From: Acidobacteriota bacterium
Lineage (GTDB): Bacteria; Acidobacteriota; Terriglobia; Bryobacterales; UBA6623
Reading direction: 5' to 3'
DNA: 64,000 nucleotides
Assembly (NCBI GenBank): GCA_027592785.1
Contig: JAQCLD010000009.1
Location: forward strand, 49-64,048
Shown: piece by piece, positions 36,443 to 46,584 of the stretch
Layout: every line of letters starts with the position of its first letter
Numbering within the stretch: the first letter of the stretch is position 1
Made by a program: the position numbers and the translations under genes
Notes under the pieces: generated by a model
The model's input: the letters and a program-made list of their open reading frames with translations, nothing else
The model's database searches: none
Told to the model about the DNA's origin: nothing

Positions 36443-37528
36443 ATGAAGCTCAATATTCTCGTTTTGCCCGGGGACGGCATCGGTCCCGAAGTTACCAGCG
36501 AGGCGGTTCGCGTTCTCGAACACGTATCAGCTAAGTGGGGTCACGAACTCAACTTGACCGACGGTCTGCTGGGCGGCATCGCCATCCACAAGACTGGCAG
36601 TCCTTTCCCCGCCGACACTCGCGAGAAGGCGCTGGCGGCTGACGCAACGCTGCTCGGCGCAGTGGGCTCGCCGGAGTTCGACGATCTACCGCCCGCGCAG
36701 CGTCCCGAGAAAGGATTGCTGGGAATTCGTAAGGCGCTGGATGTCTTCGCGAACCTGCGACCGGTGCAGGCGTTTGAAAGTTTGCTCGATTCGTCTCCGC
36801 TAAAGAACGAGATTGTGCGGGGGGCAGATATTCTGATCGTCCGTGAGCTGACGGGCGGGCTGTACTTCGGCCAGCCTCGCGGCATCGAAATGGTCGACGG
36901 CGAAGAAACCGTAACCAACTCGATGGTCTACAAGCGTTCGGAGATTGAGCGCGTACTGCGTATGGCGTTCAAGCTCGCGCAGGGGCGCCGCAAGCACCTC
37001 ACTTCGGTCGACAAAGCGAATGTTCTGGAGAACTCGCAATTGTGGCGCAAGATCGCCAACGAGATTGCGCTGGAATTCCCGGACGTGAAGTTGGAGCATG
37101 TGCTGGTCGACAACTGCGCGATGCAGCTGATCTTGCGGCCGACGAGCTTCGATGTCATCGTGACGGAGAATCTGTTCGGCGACATTTTGAGCGACGAGGC
37201 GTCGGTCTTGGCGGGCTCGATCGGCATGCTGCCCTCGGCATCGATTGGCGATCCGCTGCCGTCGGGCGCTTGGCGCGGACTGTATGAGCCGGTGCATGGT
37301 TCGGCGCCGGATATTGCGGGCCAAAAGAAGGCGAATCCGCTCGCAGCGATCGGTTCCGCCGCGGCGATGCTGAACTACAGCTTCGGGCTGAAGGAAGAGG
37401 CTGCGGAGATTGAGGCCGCGATGCAGACGGTGATGACCAGCGGAAAGGTCACCGCCGACCTCAGGCCGAAGGGAACTCCAGCAACGACCGAGGAAGTCGG
37501 CAAGGCTGTTTGCGCGGCGATCGGCTAG
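36443..37528 (+). CDS. leuB: 3-isopropylmalate dehydrogenase
   Basis: Start set at ATG 36443 (MKLNILVLPGDGIGPEV). Blocks LLGAVG, VRELTGGLYFG, NLFGDILSDEAS, GSAPDIAGQ. Confidence 0.95.
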   Translation: MKLNILVLPGDGIGPEVTSEAVRVLEHVSAKWGHELNLTDGLLGGIAIHKTGSPFPADTREKALAADATLLGAVGSPEFDDLPPAQRPEKGLLGIRKALDVFANLRPVQAFESLLDSSPLKNEIVRGADILIVRELTGGLYFGQPRGIEMVDGEETVTNSMVYKRSEIERVLRMAFKLAQGRRKHLTSVDKANVLENSQLWRKIANEIALEFPDVKLEHVLVDNCAMQLILRPTSFDVIVTENLFGDILSDEASVLAGSIGMLPSASIGDPLPSGAWRGLYEPVHGSAPDIAGQKKANPLAAIGSAAAMLNYSFGLKEEAAEIEAAMQTVMTSGKVTADLRPKGTPATTEEVGKAVCAAIG

Positions 37529-38547
37529 TCCTTGGCGGCCAGCACGCCGCTGTCGGTGTAGATGCGGCGGATGATCGACTCAATCGATTCTTCTTCAACG
37601 AAGATATCGCGCACGTCCGCTGCGGCGACGACGCGGCGGATGATGTCGCCGGTCGCGTAGCGTTCTCTATCAAAACCAAGCAGGCAGGTTAACGGGCCGC
37701 GTTTTTCGCAGGTCACGCCGTCGAGACAGAGCGCTTCGATGGCGTCGGCTTGCTCGGGGTCTTTGAGCTCGAAGCGGACTTGGTTCTGGAGTCGCAGGCG
37801 GGACTTCAAAGAATCGAGCTGGCCGTCAAACAAGATGCGGCCGTGATCGATGAGCATCAGGCGATCGCAGAGTTCTTCGATATCGGCTAGGTCGTGAGTC
37901 GTCAGGAGCATGGTGGTGCCGAACTCCTGATTGATCTCTTTGAGGAACTTGCGGATGGCTTCTTTGGCGAGCAGGTCGAGACCGATAGTTGGTTCGTCGA
38001 GAAAGAGCAACGGCGGATTGTGGATGAGCGCGGCAGCCATGTCGCAGCGCATTCGCTGACCGAGGCTGAGCTTGCGGACGGGCTTCTCCATGTATTCGTT
38101 GAGGCTTAGAATCTCGTCGAAGCGCCGCAGTCGCGCCTCATAGTCGCTGTCAGAGACTTCGTAGATTTCCTTGAGCAGACGAAACGACTCGACCACGGGG
38201 ATGTCCCACCACAGTTGCGTGCGCTGGCCGAAGACCGCGCCGATGGTGGCGGCGTAAGCCATGCGCTGCTTGTAAGGAATGAATCCGTTGGCTCGGACTT
38301 CACCGGACGTCGGCGTCAAGATGCCGGTGAGGATCTTGACCGACGTAGATTTACCTGCACCGTTAGGACCGATGTAGCCGACCATCTCGCCGGGCTCGAT
38401 CGAGAACGAGATATCGTCGACCGCACGGGTTGTTGAGTACTCGCGCTGGAACAGATCGTGGACTGCGCCGGAGAGTCCGGGCCTGCGTTTGGCGCCGCGA
38501 AATTCTTTGGTGAGCCCGACGGCTTCGACTTTTCCGAGCGTGGACAA
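37525..38547 (-). CDS. ABC transporter ATP-binding protein (uncharacterised ABC-2/COG4586-like)
   Basis: Walker A GPNGAGKST, signature LSLGQRMR, Walker B LLFLDEPT. TTG start. No permease gene adjacent. Confidence 0.9.
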   Translation of the reverse strand: MSTLGKVEAVGLTKEFRGAKRRPGLSGAVHDLFQREYSTTRAVDDISFSIEPGEMVGYIGPNGAGKSTSVKILTGILTPTSGEVRANGFIPYKQRMAYAATIGAVFGQRTQLWWDIPVVESFRLLKEIYEVSDSDYEARLRRFDEILSLNEYMEKPVRKLSLGQRMRCDMAAALIHNPPLLFLDEPTIGLDLLAKEAIRKFLKEINQEFGTTMLLTTHDLADIEELCDRLMLIDHGRILFDGQLDSLKSRLRLQNQVRFELKDPEQADAIEALCLDGVTCEKRGPLTCLLGFDRERYATGDIIRRVVAAADVRDIFVEEESIESIIRRIYTDSGVLAAKD

Positions 38548-38638
38548 CCGAAGTCCATTCTATCGAACCGTGTCTGGTCGCCTTGAACAGAACCTTGCTT
38601 CAGTCCGATGATTGACATAGCATGACAAGGTTTTTCCG

Positions 38639-39763
38639 ATGCCGTTCATAACACGCCTCCCCGCTCTGTTGCTGTTCGTTTTGTCCACGTGCGGGCTCTG
38701 CTTGGCGCAAACCGAGTTCCGCCAAGCGGCCGTCGGGGACGGCTCGACGGAAGAACGCGACTTGGTCTTGGGCGCCGCCCAAACTGCCGATGCAGCACAA
38801 CGCGTGACGCTATTGGATGGGTTCGTCAGCCAAAACCCGGACAGCGCCTATCGCCCGTACGCGCTCTACAACATTCTGATTAGCGGCAAAGATGCCGGGC
38901 GGCACGAGAAGACGCTCGAGGCCGGACTGCAACTGCTCGAGTGGGCTCCGAACGATCTGGAAGTGCGCCATCGCATCAATGAAGCGTACGTCGGCCTCGA
39001 GCGCTGGGATGAGTTGGCCCCGTCCATCGACCTAAGCAAGCCTGTTGCAAAGGTCCAGGCGACCCAAGACGGTTTCCCCGGCGAGTACGCGAGCGGCGTT
39101 CTTGACTGGCTGGCGTGGGCGTCAAACGTGGCCTATCTCGGCGAGGCGGATCCGGCGAAAAAGATCGCCTGGCTGGAGCGTATTCGCATTGAATATCCCG
39201 AGAGTGAGTACGCCCAAGACATGTACCCCCGCTACATCCAGAGTTATCAGCAAGCAGGCGACAGAGCCAGTTCCCTTGCCTGGATGCAGAAATCGATCGA
39301 GGCGGGCGCGGACGACGAGTCCTACCGCTACACGCTGGCCGAAGAAGACCTTGGGAGACAGGACTTCGATGCGGCCCTCGAGCACGCCGAACGGGCTCTC
39401 GAGATCCTGGAGACTAAGCAGTCGCCCGCTGGCATGAGCGCCGAACAGTGGGAACAGTACAAGACGAAAATGACGGCCTACGCGAATTTCGTAACGGGCC
39501 GTGCGTGGGTAGGTCGGGATTCGAAAGATGCATATCGCACAGGTCGGACCTATCTACTGGAAACAGTAGACGTCCTGAAGGCGGAAGGCGGCGAGCGTTA
39601 CAACCTGTTGGCTTACTATTTGGGCATTTGCTACGCGCAGCTCGACGTCAAAGGCGACAGCGTCCAGCAGGCCCTGCAGTGGATGACGGAGGCGGCGAAT
39701 TCGCCGGGACCGGTCCAAGAACAAGCCAGGCAGGCTCTAGCGAAGCTTCAAGCGGCGATATGA
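38639..39763 (+). CDS. hypothetical exported helical-repeat (TPR-like) protein
   Basis: 374 aa. Signal MPFITRLPALLLFVLSTCGLCLAQ. Helix-rich, repeat-like composition. The family assignment is tentative. Confidence 0.55.
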   Translation: MPFITRLPALLLFVLSTCGLCLAQTEFRQAAVGDGSTEERDLVLGAAQTADAAQRVTLLDGFVSQNPDSAYRPYALYNILISGKDAGRHEKTLEAGLQLLEWAPNDLEVRHRINEAYVGLERWDELAPSIDLSKPVAKVQATQDGFPGEYASGVLDWLAWASNVAYLGEADPAKKIAWLERIRIEYPESEYAQDMYPRYIQSYQQAGDRASSLAWMQKSIEAGADDESYRYTLAEEDLGRQDFDAALEHAERALEILETKQSPAGMSAEQWEQYKTKMTAYANFVTGRAWVGRDSKDAYRTGRTYLLETVDVLKAEGGERYNLLAYYLGICYAQLDVKGDSVQQALQWMTEAANSPGPVQEQARQALAKLQAAI

Positions 39764-39770
39764 TGGCTTA

Positions 39771-40682
39771 GTGGTCAGTCAATCGACCGCGACCTCCATG
39801 CAAGCAGTCGTTCACAAGACGCGCGTCGTGCTCGAAATGATCAAGTTCGAGCACTCGATCTTCGCCCTGCCATTAGCCTTGACCGGGGCATTGTTGGCGG
39901 TGCGCGGTCAAGGGCTCAGCTCCAGCGTTCTCGTCGCTAAGTTCTTTTGGATCATCGTCGCCATGGTTGCGGCGCGTTCGGCGGCGATGGCCTTCAATCG
40001 AGTCGTTGACGCGGATATAGACGCGAAAAATCCACGGACAAGCATGCGTGCAATTCCGGCGGGGCAAGTCTCGCGGTCATTCACGTGGGGATTCATCGTT
40101 TTCTGGTCGATCGTGTTCGTGGCGGCGGCGGCGATGCTGAATCCGCTCTGCCTGGCGCTGAGCCCTGTAGCGCTAGCGGTTGTCTGCGGGTATTCGTACG
40201 CCAAACGCTTTACTGCATTTGCCCACTTAATTCTTGGGCTGGCCTTAGGCATCGCGCCTCTTGCCGCGTGGATTGCGATTCGCGGATCGTTCGACTGGCC
40301 GATCACGCTACTGGCAGCGGCCGTCATGCTGTGGGTGGGCGGCTTCGACATTATCTACGCCTGCCAGGACTTGGAGTTTGACCGCCAGCAGGGATTGCAT
40401 TCAATGCCTGCGGCACTGGGTGCAGCGCGCGCCCTGATGCTGTCGCGACTGATGCACGTCGCTATGGTGGGACTGTTGCTTTGGCTGTGGTCGCTCAGTG
40501 GCCTGGGTTGGGTCGGCCTTGCCGGTGTGGCGGTGACCGCGGCGTTGCTCGGCTGGGAACACAGTCTGGTGTCAGCTGACGATTTCTCGAAGGTCGATGC
40601 GGCGTTCTTTCAAGTCAATGGCATCGTGGGCGTACTGTTCTTCGTGTTTTGGGCGGCGGATATGGGAGTGCGAGGTTTCTAG
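39771..40682 (+). CDS. UbiA-family aromatic prenyltransferase (4-hydroxybenzoate polyprenyltransferase-like)
   Basis: NRVVDADIDAKNPRT (NxxxDxxxD) and YACQDLEFDRQQG (DxxxD) motifs, multiple TM helices. GTG 39771 or ATG 39798. Confidence 0.85.
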   Translation: MVSQSTATSMQAVVHKTRVVLEMIKFEHSIFALPLALTGALLAVRGQGLSSSVLVAKFFWIIVAMVAARSAAMAFNRVVDADIDAKNPRTSMRAIPAGQVSRSFTWGFIVFWSIVFVAAAAMLNPLCLALSPVALAVVCGYSYAKRFTAFAHLILGLALGIAPLAAWIAIRGSFDWPITLLAAAVMLWVGGFDIIYACQDLEFDRQQGLHSMPAALGAARALMLSRLMHVAMVGLLLWLWSLSGLGWVGLAGVAVTAALLGWEHSLVSADDFSKVDAAFFQVNGIVGVLFFVFWAADMGVRGF

Positions 40683-41240
40683 ATGGCTGTCGATTCGCTG
40701 TTGAAGGCAGAGACCACCGCGCTAGTTGTGATCGACCTGCAAGAGAAACTTGTGCCGGCGATTGACGGCGCCGACTCAGTACTGGCGAACACGCATAAAC
40801 TGCTGGAGCTGGCTAAAATTCTGAACCTGCCGACGTTCGTGACGACGCAATATTCAAAAGGCCTTGGGCCGACGGTGCCGGAAATTTCTGCCGCGACGTC
40901 AGCAGAGACGTACGACAAAGTTTGCTTTAGTTGTTTTGGCGACAAGCCGTTCCTTGACGCTGTCCGCGAGCGTATGCCCGAGGGGTCATCGTTGTTGTTG
41001 GCAGGGGTCGAGACGCACATCTGTGTATTGCAGACGGCTTTGGGCGGCCTTTCGAAGGGCTATGACGTTCACGTCGCCGCGGATGCGGTCGGCTCCCGGG
41101 CGGCTTACAGCCATGTATTGGGCATCGAACGGATGCGCTCCGCAGGCATCGTGATCTCGTCTGCGGAGATGGCGATTTACGAGCTGTTGGGCGACGCACG
41201 CCGCACGGAGTTCAAGCAAATGTTACCCTTCCTGAAATAG
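40683..41240 (+). CDS. isochorismatase-family cysteine hydrolase
   Basis: TALVVIDLQEKLV and LLLAGVETHICVLQTAL blocks, including the catalytic Cys context. Confidence 0.85.
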   Translation: MAVDSLLKAETTALVVIDLQEKLVPAIDGADSVLANTHKLLELAKILNLPTFVTTQYSKGLGPTVPEISAATSAETYDKVCFSCFGDKPFLDAVRERMPEGSSLLLAGVETHICVLQTALGGLSKGYDVHVAADAVGSRAAYSHVLGIERMRSAGIVISSAEMAIYELLGDARRTEFKQMLPFLK

Positions 41241-41327
41241 GGTCCCTGCCGACACCGCCAAGTGGTTCTCCAGTTGGTTGGACACGGCGCCTCCAGACGA
41301 TACTATGAGATTGGAGAAGGACCTACG

Positions 41328-42212
41328 ATGTACCTCACCGATGAGTTTCGCCTTAAGATCGGCCTAGCGGAACAGCTAAAAGGCGGCGTCATTATGGACG
41401 TCACCAACGCCGAACAAGCCCTGATCGCGGAACAGGCCGGCGCTAACGCCGTGATGGCGCTAGAGCGGGTGCCCTCAGACATCCGCAAAGAGGGCGGCGT
41501 GGCGCGCATGGCGCCGATCTCGAAGATTCGCGAGATCATGGCCACCGTCAGCATTCCCGTGATGGCGAAATGCCGGATCGGACATTTCGCGGAAGCCAGC
41601 ATCTTAGAGGCGCTCAAAGTCGATTACATCGACGAGAGCGAGGTCCTGACGATGGCGGACGACGTACATCACGTCTGGAAGCACCCCTTTAAGGTTCCCT
41701 TCGTTTGCGGCGCTCGCAACCTCGGCGAGGCGCTGCGGCGTATCGCCGAAGGCGCGGCGATGATCCGCACCAAGGGCGAAGCCGGCTCGGGCAACATCGT
41801 AGAGGCCGTTCGACACATGCGCACGATTCAAAAAGAAATGCGCGAGTTGACGGTAAAGGGCAAAGACGAACTCGTCGTGGCCTCGAAAGAACTGATGGCG
41901 CCGCTGGAGTTGGTGCAGTGGGTCGCTGAACACGGCGAGCTGCCGGTGCCGAACTTCTCGGCCGGCGGCATTGCCACGCCCGCAGACGCGGCTCTGGTGA
42001 TGCAGCTCGGCGCACAGTCCGTTTTCGTCGGTTCGGGCATCTTCAAGTCCGAGGACCCCGAGCGGCGTGCGCGGGCGATCGTCAAGGCGGCAACGTACTT
42101 CAACGATCCGGTCAAACTGCTGGAAGCCTGTGAAGATCTCGGCGAAGCGATGCCCGGCCTGGAAATCAGCAAGATTCCGGCTGAAGAATTGATGCATACG
42201 CGCGGCGTCTAA
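41328..42212 (+). CDS. pdxS: pyridoxal 5'-phosphate synthase lyase subunit PdxS
   Basis: Start set at ATG 41328. [66 protein letters not shown]. Confidence 0.95.
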   Translation: MYLTDEFRLKIGLAEQLKGGVIMDVTNAEQALIAEQAGANAVMALERVPSDIRKEGGVARMAPISKIREIMATVSIPVMAKCRIGHFAEASILEALKVDYIDESEVLTMADDVHHVWKHPFKVPFVCGARNLGEALRRIAEGAAMIRTKGEAGSGNIVEAVRHMRTIQKEMRELTVKGKDELVVASKELMAPLELVQWVAEHGELPVPNFSAGGIATPADAALVMQLGAQSVFVGSGIFKSEDPERRARAIVKAATYFNDPVKLLEACEDLGEAMPGLEISKIPAEELMHTRGV

Positions 42213-42216
42213 GGCC

Positions 42217-42807
42217 ATGCAAATCGGCGTCCTCGCCCTGCAAGGCGATTTTGCCGCCCATGAACGTGCCTTGCGCGAACTTGGGGCGGATGTCAGACAG
42301 GTGCGTACTCCGGGCGAGCTCGTCCTGGTGGATGGCTTGATCATCCCCGGCGGCGAGAGCACGACCATGCTGAAGCTGCTGCTCGAGGACGGCATGGCGG
42401 AGCCCTTGAAAGCATTCGCCGCGACGAGGGTGATCTACGGAACGTGCGCCGGTGCGATCTTGGCGGCTCGCGTGGTCACTTCGCCCGCGCAGTTCTCTTT
42501 CGGCTTCATCGACATCGACATCGAGCGCAACGCCTACGGCAGGCAGGTCGATAGTTCGATTCGCCGCCTCCAGCCGGAGCAAGAGTTTATCGATCGTACC
42601 GGCCCAGGGAAGCTCGAGGCGATCTTCATCCGTGCGCCGATCATTAGTAGGCTCGGTGAAGGTGTTCGGGTGCTGATTCAGGACGAAGGAACGCCGGTTT
42701 TGGTCGAGCAAGGAAACATGCTGGCGGGGTCATTCCACCCGGAGCTGACGGCGGACCGTCGCGTACACCAGCTATTCTTGGACAAGGTTTCCAAGTCGAC
42801 CGGATGA
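42217..42807 (+). CDS. pdxT: pyridoxal 5'-phosphate synthase glutaminase subunit PdxT
   Basis: IGVLALQGDF, LIIPGGESTT, YGTCAGAILAA, SFHPELT. Confidence 0.93.
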   Translation: MQIGVLALQGDFAAHERALRELGADVRQVRTPGELVLVDGLIIPGGESTTMLKLLLEDGMAEPLKAFAATRVIYGTCAGAILAARVVTSPAQFSFGFIDIDIERNAYGRQVDSSIRRLQPEQEFIDRTGPGKLEAIFIRAPIISRLGEGVRVLIQDEGTPVLVEQGNMLAGSFHPELTADRRVHQLFLDKVSKSTG

Positions 42808-43241
42808 ATGCTCTGAAACGCTACCGCACCCTTTTTGTTTGTATCGGCAACTCCTGCCGCAGTCCGATGGCCGAGGCGATCGCCAATGCGCGCCACGGGG
42901 ACGTAATGGACGCATTTAGCGCGGGCCTGGGGCCGGCGCCGATCGTGCAAGCTCTAACCTTCTCGTGCTTGCGCGAGACCGGCGTCGAGCTGGATCCTGA
43001 GAAGCGTCCGCAACAGCTCACTAAGGCCGATTGGGCTTCAGCGGATCTGATCGTCAACATGAGCGGTCACGGCGTGCTCTCGGTGATCCCTGAATACACG
43101 GGCGATATATTGATTTGGGAAATCCCCGACCCTATCGGGCGGCCGATGGCGGTCTATCGCACGGCGCGCGACTTGATCGACCAGCAGGTCGACGCGCTCG
43201 CCAACGCATTGCGCAGCGGCACACGGTTGCCCGGTCTGTAG
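42804..43241 (+). CDS. low-molecular-weight protein-tyrosine phosphatase / ArsC-like
   Basis: P-loop LFVCIGNSCRSPMAEA (CX5R-S) and a DP motif in EIPDPIG. ATGA overlap with pdxT. Confidence 0.85.
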   Translation: MNALKRYRTLFVCIGNSCRSPMAEAIANARHGDVMDAFSAGLGPAPIVQALTFSCLRETGVELDPEKRPQQLTKADWASADLIVNMSGHGVLSVIPEYTGDILIWEIPDPIGRPMAVYRTARDLIDQQVDALANALRSGTRLPGL

Positions 43242-43265
43242 GCTGCCCGGGATAATTAAGCTTCG

Positions 43266-44291
43266 ATGCGAATTGGAGTTGTCGGTCTGGGCTTCATGGG
43301 GGCCACCCATCTGCGGGCATGGCAAGGCGTCAAGGGCGTGGAGCTAGGGGCCGTCGCCAGCAGCGATGCGTCGAAGCTGGCAGGCGATCCAAGCGGGATC
43401 GCTGGCAATCTGGAGCGCGGCGGCGAGCAGCTGGACTTCGGCGATGCACGCCGCTATCGGACCTTCGAAGAGCTGGTCGCCGACGCCAGCGTGGACGCTA
43501 TCGACCTCTGCACGCCTAGCCATCTGCACGCGGATCAAGCTGTGCGCGCGCTTCAAGCAGGTAAACATGTGCTCGTCGAGAAGCCGATGGCGAGGACAGG
43601 GGAAGAGTGCGACCGCATGCTGGCGGCGACAGCGGCGAGCGGCAAGGTTTTGATGGTCGGTCACGTTTTGCGCTTTTGGCCCGACTACACAGTGGCACTG
43701 AAGTTGGTTCGCTCCGGCTCGCTCGGCAAGTTGCGTTCAGCCTTCTTACGGCGCAAGTGTGCCGCTCCCGATTGGAGCCCTTGGCTGAGAGACAAAACGA
43801 AGAGCGGCGGCGCGGTCCTGGACCTGCTCATCCACGATTTTGATTACTGCTTACAGCTGGTGGGAGCACCGTCGCATGTTGAAGCTACAGGGGCGGAAGA
43901 TTCAGCGAATGGCATCGACTTGATCGAGGCGCGCTTAGACTACGGCGGCGGAGCGCCCCAAGTGGTTGTTTCAGGGGGGTGGTATCATCCGGCAAGTTAC
44001 CCATTCTCGATGGAGTTCACGCTCGTCTGCGAAGAGGGAACTCTCGATTTTCGGTCCGGGGACCGTCCGTTGACGCTTTACCGGGTGGACGGCTCCACGG
44101 ACACGATTGCGACGGCGGAGCAAGACGCCTTCGATGCGGAATTGACCGCGTTTGCCGGAGCATGTGAGGCCGGCAAGGCCCCGAGCGAATGTCGACCGGA
44201 AGAATCCGCGGCTGCGGTCGCAATCGCCGCCGCCGCAGACCTTTCACGCAGCAACGCTGGCGTGCGGACGCCTTGTGGGGGAAGACGATAA
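43266..44291 (+). CDS. Gfo/Idh/MocA family oxidoreductase
   Basis: MRIGVVGLGFMGATH Rossmann N-terminus. HVLVEKPMA motif. Confidence 0.8.
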   Translation: MRIGVVGLGFMGATHLRAWQGVKGVELGAVASSDASKLAGDPSGIAGNLERGGEQLDFGDARRYRTFEELVADASVDAIDLCTPSHLHADQAVRALQAGKHVLVEKPMARTGEECDRMLAATAASGKVLMVGHVLRFWPDYTVALKLVRSGSLGKLRSAFLRRKCAAPDWSPWLRDKTKSGGAVLDLLIHDFDYCLQLVGAPSHVEATGAEDSANGIDLIEARLDYGGGAPQVVVSGGWYHPASYPFSMEFTLVCEEGTLDFRSGDRPLTLYRVDGSTDTIATAEQDAFDAELTAFAGACEAGKAPSECRPEESAAAVAIAAAADLSRSNAGVRTPCGGRR

Positions 44292-45148
44292 TGACCAAAC
44301 TACAGCCGTTAGAAGTGGGTGTCGTGTTCTGGACAGGCGGCGAACTTGGCGAAGAGAGGCCGGCAGCGGAGATCGTTGCATCTGTGGCGTCTCTCGGAGT
44401 CGCATGCGGCCAGTTGGCGATCCACGGCGGCGCGGATTTGAGCGATGCGAGTCGAGCGGCGTGGGCCGCGGCGCTAGCGGCTAACGATATCACCGTGGTT
44501 ACCGCAGTCGTCGCGTTCACGGGCGAGAGCTATGCGGATGTCGCCACGGTGGATAGGACTGTCGGATATGGTCCGGCTACGACACGGAGCGAGCGCGAGC
44601 GGCGGACATACGAAGTGAGCGACTTCGCAGCGGCGCTCTCGATACCGGGTCTGGCCACGCATATCGGAGCTATCCCGCACAACGTCGGCGAACCCGGCTA
44701 CATCGAGATGCGGGACTTGGTTCGGCGTCTTTGCGATCACTGCGCATCGAACGAGCAGACGTTCGCTCTGGAGACAGGCCAAGAGTCGGCAACGGAGCTG
44801 AAGCGGTTCATCGTGGACGTAGATCGGGCAAATCTCAGAGTGAACTTCGATCCGGCCAACATGGTGATGTACGGCAGCGGGGATCCCATCGAGGCTCTTG
44901 GGACGGTCGGCGAATGGGTGGTCACCGTCCACTGCAAGGACGGCGTGGGTCCATCGGCCCCGGGCCGGCTGGGACACGAGACTCCGCTAGGCGAAGGGCA
45001 GGTCGACATGGAGCGCTTCGTCGCCAAGCTGCGTGAGATCGGCTACCAGGGGCCGCTAATCATCGAGCGAGAGATCGTGGGTACGGCGCAGCGCGAGGAC
45101 ATACGGCAAGCGATCGAGTTGCTGAATCGCCTGGGACGGCAGTCCTAG
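44291..45148 (+). CDS. sugar phosphate isomerase/epimerase (xylose isomerase-like TIM barrel)
   Basis: Start set at ATG 44291 (TAATG overlap with the upstream stop). Blocks FALETGQES, NLRVNFDPANM, HCKDG, IIERE. Confidence 0.75.
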   Translation: MTKLQPLEVGVVFWTGGELGEERPAAEIVASVASLGVACGQLAIHGGADLSDASRAAWAAALAANDITVVTAVVAFTGESYADVATVDRTVGYGPATTRSERERRTYEVSDFAAALSIPGLATHIGAIPHNVGEPGYIEMRDLVRRLCDHCASNEQTFALETGQESATELKRFIVDVDRANLRVNFDPANMVMYGSGDPIEALGTVGEWVVTVHCKDGVGPSAPGRLGHETPLGEGQVDMERFVAKLREIGYQGPLIIEREIVGTAQREDIRQAIELLNRLGRQS

Positions 45149-46554
45149 GCCGCCGGAAGTTCGTGAACGCGGACGCTCCACACCCAGGCGAGATAAGCCC
45201 CAACAAGGGTGAGACCGACACAAAGGCCGATCCACACTCCCGATGCCCCCCATCCCAGGCGTAGGCCCAGGAAGTATCCGATCGGAAGGCCGATGACCCA
45301 ATGGCCAAAAAGGTTGGCCAACAGGGGCGTGCGGGTCTCGCCGGCGCCGCGTAGAGCCCCTGTCGCGACGACCTGAATCCCATCGAACAACTGGAACACG
45401 GCCGCGACAGCCAGTAGCCCCGCGCCGGTCGCCAACACGGCGGGGTCCTGAGAAAAAAAGCCGACTATCATCCGGGGGAAAAACAAAAAGACCACTCCGG
45501 CACAAGCCATGAAGAAAGCTCCCAGGGTGAGCGCCACAAAGCCCGAGCGACGAGCGCCCAGGTAGTCGTGGCGACCGATGGCCTGACCAACGCGGACTGC
45601 GGCAGCCGTCGAAATGCCAAGAGGAACCATGAAGGTTACGGAAGCGGCCTGCAAAGCCACTTGGTGCGCAGCGAGGGGTATAGCTCCCAGCGTGCCCACC
45701 AAGAGAGTGGCCAGCGCGAAGACGCCAATCTCAAGTCCTCGTTGGACGGCAGCGGGAAAACTCAGGCGAGCCAGTTGAGCAATGCAGGACCATTCGATCC
45801 GGCGATCCGCCTCGAAAAGCCCCGTCCGATCGCGTCTGGCTTGCCACATGACATAGGCCAACAAAGCCAGGCACATGTAGACCCGCGAGGCGCAACTGGC
45901 CCAACCGGCGCCGGCCGTCCCGAAAGCGGGGGCGCCTAGGTTGCCAAAAACGAAAATCCAGTTGGCGATGACGTTGACCAAATTAGCCGACAACATGACA
46001 ACCATCACTGGACGAACATGATTCATCCCCTGCAGGTAGTGGCGAAACGCCATGAACGCCAGCAGCGGAACCGTGCTCCACAACAAGGCGTTGGTATACG
46101 ACCCGGCGTGAAGAGAAACATCGGGATCAAGACCGAAGTGGGGCAATAGATCCACAGCCAAGAAGAGCGGCAGCATCAGGATCACCCCAAGGGGAATCGC
46201 AGTGCACAGGGCGTGGAACAGCCAGCGATGACACTCTTCGAACCTCTTGGCGCCAAACGCTTGGGGCACGAGCGAGTCTAAACCGAGTAGCATCCCGGTG
46301 CCGACGACTCCCACTGCGTAGAACAGGACTGTGCCAATGGAAACCGCGCCGATAGCCTCCGCGCTAAGGCGTCCGACCATCATCGTGTCAACCACGCTCA
46401 TCGCCATCCAGCCTAGCTCCGCCGCGACGACGGGAAGGGCGATACCCAGCATGGGCCGAAACTCGTCAGCGAACCGAGTACGGTCACTTGCAACTGAGAA
46501 TTGGTTCAACCGGGCGCTCCTGCTGCCATCTTCGCCGATTGGGGCAGCACCCAA
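45145..46554 (-). CDS. MATE family efflux transporter
   Basis: About 12 hydrophobic helices. N-terminal EFRPMLGIALPVVAAELGWMAMSVVDTMMVG is typical of NorM-like proteins. TTG start at 46554 is uncertain. Confidence 0.85.
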   Translation of the reverse strand: MGAAPIGEDGSRSARLNQFSVASDRTRFADEFRPMLGIALPVVAAELGWMAMSVVDTMMVGRLSAEAIGAVSIGTVLFYAVGVVGTGMLLGLDSLVPQAFGAKRFEECHRWLFHALCTAIPLGVILMLPLFLAVDLLPHFGLDPDVSLHAGSYTNALLWSTVPLLAFMAFRHYLQGMNHVRPVMVVMLSANLVNVIANWIFVFGNLGAPAFGTAGAGWASCASRVYMCLALLAYVMWQARRDRTGLFEADRRIEWSCIAQLARLSFPAAVQRGLEIGVFALATLLVGTLGAIPLAAHQVALQAASVTFMVPLGISTAAAVRVGQAIGRHDYLGARRSGFVALTLGAFFMACAGVVFLFFPRMIVGFFSQDPAVLATGAGLLAVAAVFQLFDGIQVVATGALRGAGETRTPLLANLFGHWVIGLPIGYFLGLRLGWGASGVWIGLCVGLTLVGAYLAWVWSVRVHELPAA

Positions 46555-46584
46555 CTGTCAGTCTAGGTAGGTCCTAAGGGTGTT

